Part shown: positions 52,601 to 63,165 of the stretch, piece after piece
How positions within the stretch are numbered: the first letter of the stretch is position 1
Layout: every line of letters starts with the position of its first letter
Assembly (NCBI GenBank): GCA_028534125.1
Contig: CM052817.1
Coordinates: forward strand, 16,556,001-16,620,000
Reading direction: 5' to 3'
DNA: 64,000 nucleotides
Origin: Lama glama
Taxonomy: Eukaryota
Position numbers and translations under genes: made by a program
Notes under the pieces: model-generated
What the model saw: the letters and a program-made list of their open reading frames with translations, nothing else
Told to the model about the DNA's origin: nothing
Database searches by the model: none

Positions 52601-55559
52601 GCAATGCTATTACTACAATGAAAAGGTGCGTGTAAATCACTTAGCAAGTGCCTGGTACGCAAGAGGCACTTAATACATGTGAGATGGTATTATTTTATGA
52701 CTGTTAATAAGAATGATGATTCTCTCCTCCCTGTCCCCCTTGCCAACAAGCATCTCCTTTTCCCCTGATGTGTTTAGACAAAGAAACAGGGTCCAAGATT
52801 GAACAGTGCAGATCCCTGATCCCATTTCTACTCCCCAGGGGGCTCCTGGGAGAACCTCAGGCAGGCAAGTCACACTTGACGTATCCTCGGATATGTCTGA
52901 AGTACTCTGGTTGGGTAAACTGTCTTCACTCAGAACCTGCCCTTTGAAGGAGGCAACCTGAAGCCCTAACGGTTGCTTTCAAAATCTTCTCCTCGTGGTA
53001 ACTACTTTGTTTCTTTATGGTAGAATTTAATGCTACCAGTTTTCTGAGCACGATAAAATGGAAGCGATTCACAACTGATACCCCTGGTAAAAGAAGTACA
53101 ACGTTCTCAAGCAGAAATTTCTTCTACAGAGACAGGAGGCTTTTGACTGAATGTCCTAGTACGGCTGCTTTACGACGCTCACTTGCTTTTCTGTGATGTT
53201 ACACACTGATGGGTGGGGCAAGGACGACAGGTCAGTGGTTAGGTGTCCCGTCTGCAGAGCAGTCACCGATGTTACAGAGATAACTCCGAGGTGCAGACGC
53301 ACTTGTTTCTAACTTTCTTCCATCTCCCCTTCAGGCCGGGAGGTAATAAAGTGCAATGGTTAAGGGGCCAGGATTAGGAATCAGAGTCTTGTGTTGAAAC
53401 TTTGACTTTGCCATTTTCTAGTTCTGCAACTTTGGGCCCATTATTTCTTCTCCCCCCACCTTTTTTTTTTTTTTAACTTTAAGTATAATTGACCTGTTAT
53501 TCAGAAAGAATAATTAGTCTTTCCGAACTTCGTTTCTTTGTCTATAAAGTGGGCAAATTAACACCCATCCCGCAAAATTATTTGGAGCATTAAATAAATT
53601 CTACACAAGAAAGTGTTTTGTTAAGTGTTCAGTTGCAGATGCAGAAAACTCAACCCAAACAACTTAAGCAAAACGAGAACGTATTTGACTCACATAATGA
53701 AAAGAGAGTTTTAGACAGAGCTGGATCTGGGGGCTCAAACAGAGCACTGGATCCAAGTTTCACTATTTTTATTCCACTTCTCCCCACCGCCCCATCCTCA
53801 GACAGGTTCTCCCTTAGTCGGGGCAATAACGCCACTCCTTCTCCTCCAGTTTTAAGTCTGCTGGGAAAGAGAAGATGGCTCTCTTACAACACAGTCCCAG
53901 CAGAAATGTCATTGCATCTCATTGGCTCTGAATAGATTATCCCGGAACCAATGCAATGTTATGACTGGTCAGGAGCCCACCTCTGGAGCAATACTCGTGC
54001 ACGGACTGAAAACACAGTGGTTCCCAAGCAGGAAATTGGGGTGCTGTTGCCAAAGGAAAGAGGAATGGATGTTGCCAGGGTTGGGTGGGAAAAAAGGGCC
54101 CATTTCCTGTAGAATTCCATAAAACGGAAAGTGAATATAAACTTTCAACACCAATCCTAGCCTACTGTAACAGAGGAAATCTTTCTCGGCCTTTAAAAGA
54201 AACAAAATTAGGTTAAGTCAAGAGAGTGCCACCTGATATAATAGTTATGCAATTGTATACTTATTACTTCAAGAACTGAATGAAACACAGATTTTTTTTT
54301 TTAAGTTGGATGAAAGGTTCACAATGAGAAACCAGAATGTTTTGGGGTGGGGAAGAGTGGCTGGTAGCATCTGGAACTCTGAAAAGTCATTGTCAAGAGC
54401 ACCCATGCCCATCAACAGACCACGGAAAGGCAAGGATTGCGCTGATGATGCTTCGGGTCTCGGTGAGCCAGAAGGACTGGTGTCAGGGCAAAGGGCTGGA
54501 GGCTCTGAGTTCCCAGAAATCTTGTCTTGCGAAATGGCTGCCCCAGGACAAAGATCTTTAATTTGAGTTCTTCCTGCCAAGTGGAGGTTCCCTAGCCTGG
54601 TTGTCCCCTAGAATAACCAGCTTTTAAAAAGATGATTCCAGGAAGCCCTGCTGGCAACTGATTCACTCAGCCTGGGATGGGGCCCAGAAGTCTAGTGTTT
54701 TGAACAAGCTTTCCTGCGGCCAGGACCAGTGTTTGGGTGTCTAGGGACCCTGTCCATCCCTCATCCCAGCTGTTGTTCCCACTCTGTACTGGAGGGATCT
54801 GTTGACACTGCTGCACCCTCCCCAGAGCATGAACCCCAGAGGGCAGGGACGCAAGCAGCTTTGGGTACTGGCACACAGTGGAGTGAGCACCCACTAGGCA
54901 TTTATTGAAGGAAGACTGGAGGGCAGACAGGCAGGCGGGCAAGCTGCCTTTTCCCATGTGGGCTTTTCTAGGGGAGGGGAGAGCTTCTATTTCTGGAAAG
55001 AGCTTCTGTGATTGAAGAAAGATCATGGTAGCAAAGCAAGAAAGGCCCCTGGGGGAGGGAAAGACTCATGGTACTCCCAGACCACACACTCTTTTAAAAG
55101 ACTCCTCCATCACTTGAATAAGGAAGTGAGAACAAAGGATGAGTGTGATTACGTGCCGGACACCGGGTTAGCCTCATATCCCTATTTTACAGATGATGAA
55201 ACAGAGGCAAAGGGAGCTGGTCCAGGAGCACATCCTAAGGAAGAAACGCAGCCGGGATTCTGCAGCATGACAGTGTGACCACTACCCCACCTGCCTCTCA
55301 CCTCTCACAGGTGCAGCAGCAGAATTCTGGAGAAAACATCACACACATTTGCAGGGTGTCCATTTCCACCTTAGAAGCATCCAGCAAAAATAAATCAGTA
55401 GCTGAGGAAATCAGGGGAGAGCAAAAGGCCTCTCAAGAAAAGAGGCCATTGTACACCTCTCCAAACAGGCTATTTTTTGTCGACTTTTTATTCCCTTGCT
55501 GCACCCTGAAGGTCACTTGCTACGTCTGCACGAATCAGTGAAGTCACGAAAAGGAATAC

Positions 55560-55670
55560 TGGGCCAGGGAACTGAGGTGGGGGGAGGAGGGGGCAGAGCT
55601 GGAAGAGGTGAGGCAATTCAGCAAGGCCCGCCCGGCCTGCTCCCCTCCCTAAGCCGGCCCAATGACCTTC
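55560..55670 (+). promoter_or_regulatory. SOD3: SOD3 proximal promoter (TATA-less, GC box/CCAAT)
   Basis: G-rich Sp/KLF-like tract ~55575-55595; C/EBP-like TGAGGCAAT 55609-55617; GC box GGCCCGCCCGG ~55625-55635; CCAAT 55659-55663; no TATA box; lies directly upstream of the non-coding exon. Confidence 0.7.
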
Positions 55671-55811
55671 TTTCCTCGCGGTGACCACTCCTCCCGCTGC
55701 TTCCCTGCGCGGCCACAAACAGCCGGGAGTCTGCCCACATTCCTGCGACCTGCGGCAGGGTGCTGCTCCCCATTTCTCAGGAGGAAAAGCTCTCTTGGAA
55801 GAGCTGGAAAG
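55625..55811 (+). other. SOD3: SOD3 non-coding 5' exon (start approximate, donor exact)
   Basis: Ends AAAGCTCTCTTGGAAGAGCTGGAAAG|GTGGGT, matching my recollection of the human SOD3 5'UTR exon end; GT donor at 55812. The TSS cannot be fixed from sequence. Confidence 0.85.
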
Positions 55812-57049
55812 GTGGGTGCCAAGTCGAGGTTCATTTCATGCTTCTCAGAGCCTGCTTACTGAGTCTGCTCCTGGGGCGGGGCATCCGACCTCTTCTTGGA
55901 AGAGTATTTGTTCATCTTCTGGGGAGAGAAACACACTTCATGACCGGGCCCAGCTGCTCTGAAGGGGAGGAGTGGGGAGGTAGGGAGAGAGGTGAGGCAG
56001 GCAACTGGGGAGAAAGTGACTGTTCTGGGATCTAACAAGGCCAGTCCGAGAGGACTCTGGTGTCCTCAGGTTAGAGATAAGAGTGAGGAAGGAGGCTTCT
56101 CTGATGTTGCTTGGCGTGGGTGGCTAGGAAAAGCCACCTGTTTAGGAGAGGCACACGGGGGTGGGGGGTGGGGCTGGCTGGCTTAGGGTTGCAGTCAGGG
56201 CCCTTCTCAGAGAGAGCCCTGGCATTAGAACCTCCCAGAGCCTTCAGGGGTGTGCAGTCTTCCCAAACCCAGACCCAGGAAGGAGGCACCAGCTTGGTGG
56301 CTTGCATTGTCTTTGTGCTGTGATAACCTTGGCCTCCCCACCTCTGGACCAGTGAAGCCTTCAAAAAAGCCACTTGGCCATGCACAGCTCAAACTAAGTG
56401 GGAGACTGTGTGGGAAGGGTGAGCCTTCTGCGGGCTGGCCTCCAGGACGCGAAGGGAAAGTTTAAGACCCAAGGAGTCAGGACTTCCCCTGGCTCGGGAT
56501 CCAAGAAGAATTTGCTTTTTGTTAAGAGGACAATTTCTCCTTCAAGTGTTAATTAATACCCAATCACTCTTCAAAAGAATGGCCACATCCAAAACAATCT
56601 GTTTTTGCTCTATGTTTTTAAGAAAAAAATCTTCCAATTGGCAGAGCCCTCCTGAAGGGCAGGACCAGCTCAGAAGGAGGGGGATGGTCACTTGATGATG
56701 ATGGAGAGCTTGAGGCCAAGGTCTGGCCTCAGGGTTGGTCCCCTTCTTCCTGCACCCACTCCTTGGGGCTTCACCATAGTAACCAGGCTACATCAGAGGT
56801 GGTTCCTTTGAGGTCACTTTCTAGACTTCTCCCCCTACCTGTCACTCCTTTCCGGAGCCTTTCCTGGCTACGTCCTCCTCCCACGGCTTCAACAGCATCT
56901 TTCAGCTTTCAGGTCCTGAAATCTATCAGCAGTTTCTTACTAAGAGCAGCCATTAACTGAGAATTTTCTACATACCAGGCTCTGGGCTAAGTGCCTTAGG
57001 TAAACAGACCACACACTTTCAAATCTTGCCCTCAGCCATTATTGAATAT

Positions 57050-57330
57050 GTAAGCTCTCGGGCAAGACCCTTGCCTAGGGTCTTGCCCCTCACCTCTCGG
57101 TGCCTCACTTTCCCACACAATAGAATGGGGATAAAGGTAACACCCATCCTATAGGGTTTTTGTGAGGCTTACATGAATTAACATATGCAAAGTGCTTTTA
57201 ATAGTGCCTGCCCTTGTCTTCACCGAATATCAGCAATTCTAATTGTGTCTTTTAAGCCTCACAGCAAGTCTCTAAGGGAAGTATTGTTACCTCTATTTGC
57301 AGGTAAGAAAACTGAGGCCCAGAGAGGAGG
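57050..57330. mobile_element. MIR elements in the SOD3 intron (other MIRs at ~165-310, 5260-5430, 10770-10960, 32160-32310, 37690-37850, 38100-38280, 53345-53610, 63370-63570)
   Basis: MIR cores CCTCTCGGTGCCTCACTTTCCC..AATGGGGATAA and reverse AGGTAAGAAAACTGAGGCCCAGAG. Confidence 0.7.
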
Positions 57331-57999
57331 GAGAGAGCCCAACTTGAGTCTGCAGTCCAGCGTTTTCTCTGCTGCTCTGAAGTGAAAATAGCAATTCAGC
57401 TAACCCTTAGAGACTGAGTGGCAGTCAGGCTTCAGATCCAGCCAGTAAGTTTCGGATTCCATTCTCTTAATCACCATACTAGACTGCCTTTCTGTAATGG
57501 TTATGGAAAGAATAAACACTCAACCTCAGAATCTAATTTTAAAATAGCACCTGCTTTGGGACTGGAGAAGGCCTTTGAAAGTGCAATTGATCCTTAAACC
57601 AGTCCCTTGGAGGCAGTGTTGATCCCTGTGGACAGACTTTAAAATGGGAAAATAGCCTGGCGTATCATATCTCATTTAATCCTCCCAGTGGCCCTCGGTG
57701 GTATTATCAGCCTTGTTTTACAGCCAAGAGAGAGTCAGTAACTTCCCCCATGATGTTACAGTCAGTTTATGTGACTGATTCTATGGTTGGGTCCCAGAAT
57801 CTTTGATGGAGCTTTAAAAAAACAAAACAAAACAATTCATGCCCACTGAATCAGAATCCCTTAGGGTGAGGCCTGGGCGCCTGATTTGTAAGAACCAGAA
57901 TCTGATGTGCAGCCAACACTGAGAACCCCTTCCAGCCACTACTCCTTCCAAGCACCAGAACCCTTGTTTCCAGCCATCTGCTGAACATCTCACCTGGGC

Positions 58000-58920
58000 A
58001 GTCACCAGCATCTTGTCCTCTGCAGGCTCAGGCCGAATTCGCCCTCTCTCCCTTCTTCTCGGGGCCTGGTACCACCATCCAGCCAGCCAGTCTCTCTTGC
58101 TGGGAACTCAGTCATCCTCAGTTCCTCTTCCCTGCTGCCAGTGCTAGCCAAGATGTCTCCTGAACCCACGCCCTCCTCTATCTTTGCTTCCATCTCAGGA
58201 AAAGCCTTCATCTTTTCTGGTCTGAACTGTTGCTACTGCCTCTTAAAGTACCTCCTTTTGTCTGTATTTCTCCTCTGTGTCTCTATTTCTCCCTAGGCTA
58301 TTCCCACTCCTTCTCACTGTCCTCTCCATCCCTGAAGTCCAGCTCAAACTTTCTCCAGAGTTAATAAACTAAAAACTATCTCAACACTCACTCTTCTGCT
58401 TAGAAACTTCCACCAGCACTAGCCTTCTGGCTAATAGCCACACACCTTAGCACAGCAAACCCAGCTCCTCAATCCCTGGCTCAAAGTTTTCTCTTCAGCC
58501 TTGAGTCCTCCCTGGAGGCACAGGCCATGTTCCAGCCACACTGAATTTCCCCCACCCACAAAATGAACTGTGTCCTTTCACAGCCAGTTGTGACTCTTGC
58601 CTGAAATGGGCTTCTGACCTGGCTTGGCTGAAAAACTGCTACTTGTCTTGTGAGACCCTCAAAAGTCACCTCCTCTGGGAAGCCCTCCTGGAGTCTCCCA
58701 GGGAGATGGGCACTACTTACTCTGTCCTTTCCTAGTACAACGCTCCATCTTCAATCACAGGATGGCACTGGAATGATTTGATGACATGTCTGTCTCTCAG
58801 TGAACTCCTCATTCAACATTTACATATTAAATGTCTCCTGCTGCCAGATGCAAGCCCAGATGCTGGGGATACTGATGAATAAAACTTAGTTTCTGGCTTC
58901 AAGTTTACAGAGCATGACAG
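58000..58920. mobile_element. L2 remnants in the SOD3 intron
   Basis: Pyrimidine-rich L2 3' motifs (TCACCTCCTCTGGGAAGCCCTCC; CATTCAACATTTAC...CCAGATGCTGGGGATAC). Confidence 0.6.
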
Positions 58921-59414
58921 GGAAGAGGGGTAGGGCACTTTAGAGAAGAGGCACAGGAAATGCAAGTAGGCAGGGGCAGCAAGCCTCACCCATGCCTGCA
59001 AGAGAGGATGCAGAGGGAGGGGGGCAGAGATGAGGGGCAGAGACGAGGAGAGGGAGATCTGGAAGGGCCATGAGAGCCTCCCTCATGTATCTGGAGACAA
59101 GCCCTACCCCTGGGCAAACTGTCCTGAGAATCCCCATGCTACGGAGATGGGGCTTGGGAGGTCCTTGCTCAGATCTGTGGCTCAGGAAGACTCCTGTGAA
59201 TTTTCTGGGATTATGTCTCATTTATCTTTACCACCACAGCAACGAATACAGTTCCTGGAACACAGCAGGCCCTGGAGAGACAGGGGCCGAAAGAACAAAA
59301 GCACGCTGGGCAAGGAAGCCCCCTGGTGGGGAGAAGGGAGGTTGGATTCAAGGACACCAGGGTCCCTGGGATTTCAGGTTTCCAGTGACTAAGTCTCGCT
59401 CTGCCCCCACCCCC

Positions 59415-60200
59415 TTCGGGTGCCCGCAGGTGCCCGACTCCAGCCATGCTGGCGCTGCTGTGTGCCTACCTGCTCATGGCGACACACGCCTCGGAAGCCT
59501 GGACCAACCCAGACCCGCAGGAGCCCGGCTTCGGCATGGAGGAGCAGATCCGCGACATGCACGCCAAAGTGACGGAGATCTGGCAGGAGATGAAGCAGCG
59601 GCGGGCGGCGGGTGGCCAAGATGCTGCGCTGCACGCCGCCTGCCGCGTGCTGCCGTCGGCCGCGCTGGCCGCGGCGCAGCCCCGGGTGAGGGGCCTCGTG
59701 CTCTTCCGGCAGCTCCGGCCCGGCGCCCTGCTCGAGGCCTTCTTCCACCTGGAGGGCTTCCCGACCGAGCCCAACGTCACCAGCCGCGCCATCCACGTGC
59801 ACCAGTTCGGGGACTTGACCCAGGGCTGCGACGCCACCGGGCCGCACTACAACCCGCTGGGGGTGCCGCACCCGCAGCACCCGGGCGACTTCGGCAACTT
59901 CGCCGTGCGCGACGGCCAGCTCTGGAAGTACCGCTCCGGCCTGAACGCCTCGCTCTGCGGGCCGCACGCCATCGTGGGCCGCGCCGTGGTGGTCCACGAG
60001 GGCGAGGATGACCTGGGCCGCGGCGGCAACCAGGCCAGCGTGGAGAACGGCAACGCGGGCCGCCGGCTGGCCTGCTGCGTGGTGGGGCTGTGCGGGCCCG
60101 GGCCCTGGGCGCGCCAGGCGCAGGAGCACGCCGAGCACAAGAAGCGGCGGCGCGAGAGCGAGTGCAAGGCCAGCTGAGCGCCCTCCCGCCGCGGCCGCAG
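59415..60200. other. CpG island over the SOD3 coding exon
   Basis: Very high GC content and dense CpG, against a CpG-depleted rest of the window. Confidence 0.9.
59446..60177 (+). CDS. SOD3: Extracellular superoxide dismutase [Cu-Zn], 243-aa precursor, CDS contained in a single exon
   Basis: Signal peptide MLALLCAYLLMATHASEA; EC-SOD N-terminal motif IRDMHAKVTEIWQE; Cu ligands H117/H119/H134/H184; Zn ligands H134/H142/H145/D148; GNAGRRLACCVVG with catalytic R207; basic C-terminal tail HKKRRRESECKAS; start context gccATG. Confidence 0.99.
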   Translation: MLALLCAYLLMATHASEAWTNPDPQEPGFGMEEQIRDMHAKVTEIWQEMKQRRAAGGQDAALHAACRVLPSAALAAAQPRVRGLVLFRQLRPGALLEAFFHLEGFPTEPNVTSRAIHVHQFGDLTQGCDATGPHYNPLGVPHPQHPGDFGNFAVRDGQLWKYRSGLNASLCGPHAIVGRAVVVHEGEDDLGRGGNQASVENGNAGRRLACCVVGLCGPGPWARQAQEHAEHKKRRRESECKAS

Positions 60201-60555
60201 AGCCCCCTCCACCTGCCCCGGGACCCCCTCCAAGCCCCGGCACCCCTCCAGGCATCCGGGATCCCCTCCATGTGCCCCAGGCCCTTCTCTAGGGACCCCA
60301 GGATCCCTTCTGTGCCCTGACGGCCCTGCAAGCACCTGAGACCCCTCCGTGCTCTCTGGAATCCCCTCCACACCCTGGCACCCCTCCAAGCGCCCGAGAT
60401 GCCCTCCGTGTGACCCAGGACCTCCTCTGTCTGTCCCAGGATCCCTCTATGCCTTGATACCACTCCAAAAACCCCCTGACCCTCTACACCCTGACACCTC
60501 TGCAAGAGTCCAAGATCCCCTCCATGTGACCCAAGTCCCCCTCCCCACCCCCATC
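60200..60555 (+). repeat. Degenerate C-rich ~19-21-nt tandem repeat in the SOD3 3'UTR
   Basis: About 17 units of the form GGA(T/C)CCCCTCCA-N5-8-CC; GATCCCCTCCATGTG(C/A)CCCA-like units recur at ~60260, ~60398 and ~60514. Confidence 0.8.
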
Positions 60556-60955
60556 TTGATTTTTCTCCTGCTGCCAGAGACACTCTCCATCAGAGGTACC
60601 ACTTCTGCCATGGCTGAGATCCCCCCAAATCCCTTCCACCTTGAGGTCTCCAACCATGTGCTGAGACAGCCTCTTTCATCCTGAGGGCACCCTGAGTTCT
60701 GAGGACCCCCAGAGATACTGAAATACTCCCATTTACCCTGAGGGTCTTCCAGACTCCCTGGGGTCCCTTTCCACCCTGACACCCCCCACCCCCACTCCCG
60801 CTCGGAGACCCCCTCCTGGGCTTGCCCAGCACTCCCACCCCCAGCATGTGCAGCCTGCACTTAGGAGCCCCTGCCCAGTGTCTCCAGCTATTCCCCCCAC
60901 CCCTGCCCCGGAGAGCTGCTCCTTTGGGGGCTGTTTGACAGTCTTCGTGTTGCAC

Positions 60956-60961
60956 ATTAAA
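60956..60961 (+). terminator. SOD3: SOD3 polyadenylation signal ATTAAA (cleavage ~60975-60985)
   Basis: ATTAAA followed by AGCTCAGCAATTCAGTA and a U/GU-rich element (TTTGGTTACTTTTTTGGCTGGTTTG); resembles the recalled human SOD3 3' end. Confidence 0.85.
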
Positions 60962-61889
60962 AGCTCAGCAATTCAGTACTGCATGGGGGCTTTGGTTACT
61001 TTTTTGGCTGGTTTGAGGCTTGTCTCCCTGCTCAGCAATTTTGCAAATGATGAAGGTATTTCCCAAATTCCTACCAGATCTCTCCTTCTCTCCTCCCCAG
61101 CTCCACTGGCTGAAATGTTTAGTCACTGTCATGCCCTTGGGTGTGGCTTGCAAGGTGGAGGAAACCAGGATCACCCAGGGAAGTGAAAAGAAAAAAAACA
61201 AAACAAACAGCTTCCTGGGCTATATCCCAGAGCTGTGAAATCCAAAGGGAGAGGAGAGAATCTGTTTGCAACAAGCTTCCCAGTAATTCTAAGGCTGGAG
61301 CCACTGGCCAGGCACGAGGTGAGCACCAACTCCCTGGGGTCCCGTGGCCTCCCACATCGGCCTCTGTGCGAAGCCTCTGGGCCCACTTCCCGAATGGCAG
61401 AGACAGGGCCAGTGAGGCAGTGTCCCTGGGCAAGTTACAGGGGTTGGTATCTCCACAACCAGGGCAATGCTCTTCTTGACTTCTTGGCATGAAAGTGAGT
61501 TGGAAGCAGTGGGGTCCAAAGGCAGGTTGGTTTTGATTAAGGCTAAATGAAGGTTCTGCCTCTCTTTTTGAAAATTATTCTCTATTCACAGACTAGAGCA
61601 GTCTTGTGTGTTCGCTTTTATATACTGACTAGAAGTGCCCATGAGAGCTTTTCAGTCACCTGGGGCAGACTCACTTTCCAGCCTCTCCAGGTTTTGCCAC
61701 CCTGGTTCCTCAGACTTTTAAGGCAGTGAGTCAAACTGAACCTTAGCCAGAAACCCATCCCCAGTGGTTATTTTTACCTTTTACAGGACTAATGTGTTAT
61801 TTAAAAACCTTCCCTTGAACCCAAGTGACAACTGAGAAGAAAGGCTATTGCCTGGTGAATTTGCTCCACCAACTGGTTCTCAATGGTTT

Positions 61890-62522
61890 TGAAACTGAGC
61901 AGGACTCTGTGGGGCCTTCTTCGTGGACCCCTCGTGTTCCCATCCTCTGGTTTATGGAAAACCATTAGCCTCCTAGATGTTCCTCAAGTTCCAAAGAGCA
62001 AATTTAATCAGAGAAGTGAGAAGGTGCAGAAACGAAGGAAAAGAGCCAAGCAAGACAAAATAATAATACTTCAGTCATCAAACAAAATTAAGGACCTTTA
62101 GTTCCTCCTCAGGGGCTATAGATAATATTCTTTGAGTTGTTTTGCAGATACTAAGCCCCCGCCAGGTGAAAAAAGTTAACAGCATGCTGACCTCAAGCAT
62201 GTAGACCCTGGACCATTTGGAACCAGAAGGTTGATGATGGAGATTTCCACATCACCCTATCACCTCACTATCAACCTACCAGAAGTATGTACATGAGATG
62301 ACCACTCACCCCGTGACCCCCCTTCCTCACCTTAACTGTAAAAGTCTTCCCCTGAAAGCCATCAAGGAGTTGGGATCTTTTGAAGATGAGCTGCCCGTTC
62401 TCCTTGCCTTGCCCCACATTGGGCACCTTGCAGTAAACGCTGCACTTTTCTTTGCCACAACCTGGTGTCAGTAGATTGGCTTTACCGCCCTCAGCCAAGT
62501 AGACTCGTTTGATTTGGTAACA
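61890..62522 (+). mobile_element. ERV1-class solo LTR, 633 bp
   Basis: TG...CA termini; perfect 4-bp TSD GTTT (61886-61889, 62523-62526); TATA-like TGTAAAAG ~62337; AGTAAA poly(A)-like signal ~62432. Confidence 0.88.
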
Positions 62523-62805
62523 GTTTGAGATATTAACTTGAAACTGTACAGGTCAGCACTGAGAAGGAATTAGCAAACCAAGTGTTTAAATATCCTGATT
62601 GCAAATAAACGCATTTGCCTATCCCCACAATTATAAATTGCGAAAACGAGGCAGCAATTACATCGAAACACACGACGGAGAGGGAGAACAGGCCGAACAC
62701 CCCATCTTCAGCTCTGCTGCCCAGGTTACAGGGTAGTTTAGGGTCATCAAGGGAAGTGGGGCTTATGTTTCAGAAAGAGGCTGGTGCTTCTCATCACTTA
62801 TCTAC

Positions 62806-63165
62806 TATCTAGGTCCGTTCGAGCTGCTATCCCAAAATGCTGCAGACCAGGTGGCTTACAAACAATAGAAATTTATTTCTCACAGTTCTGGAGGCTGGGA
62901 GTCCAAGATCAGGGTACCAGCATGGTCAGGTGAGAGCCCTCTTTGGGACTCATAGCCCGTACCTTTTTGCTGTGTTCTCACATGTTAGAAGAGGTGAGCG
63001 ATTTCTTTCAAGCCTTTTTAAAGGCACTAATCTGACTTACGAGGGCTCCCCCTTCATGACTTTGGGACCCTCTGCCAAAGGTCCCACCTTCTAATACTAT
63101 CATATTTGGGGGTTAGGATTTCAACATGTGAATTTGGGGGGAACACAAACATTCAGATCATAGCA
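62806..63165 (-). mobile_element. MaLR LTR (MLT1A-like)
   Basis: GAAATTTATTTCTCACAGTTCTGGAGGCTGGGAGTCCAAGATCA...GAATTTGGGGGGAACACAAACATTCAG. Confidence 0.9.

Larger units (their letters stand above)
55812..59429 (+). other. SOD3: SOD3 intron (3618 bp, GT-AG)
   Basis: Donor GTGGGT at 55812; branch-like GACTAA at 59387-59392; pyrimidine-rich tract; CAG|GTGCCCGACTCCAGCCATG acceptor 16 nt before the ATG. Confidence 0.88.

Noticed and set aside
59070..59429. N-terminal part of the 313-aa + strand ORF 59070-60011
   Set aside because: The start lies in the intron. Only the exonic part is relevant and is covered in the overlapping-uORF finding.
59389..60255. 288-aa antisense ORF (and 59777-60583, 59847-60389) over SOD3
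   Set aside because: Shadow ORFs expected from extreme GC/GC3 bias and the C-rich repeat; low-complexity Gly/Ala/Arg products with no domain.
60200..60555. Repeat array considered as CRISPR-like
   Set aside because: Eukaryotic 3'UTR, degenerate units, no unique spacers and no cas genes.
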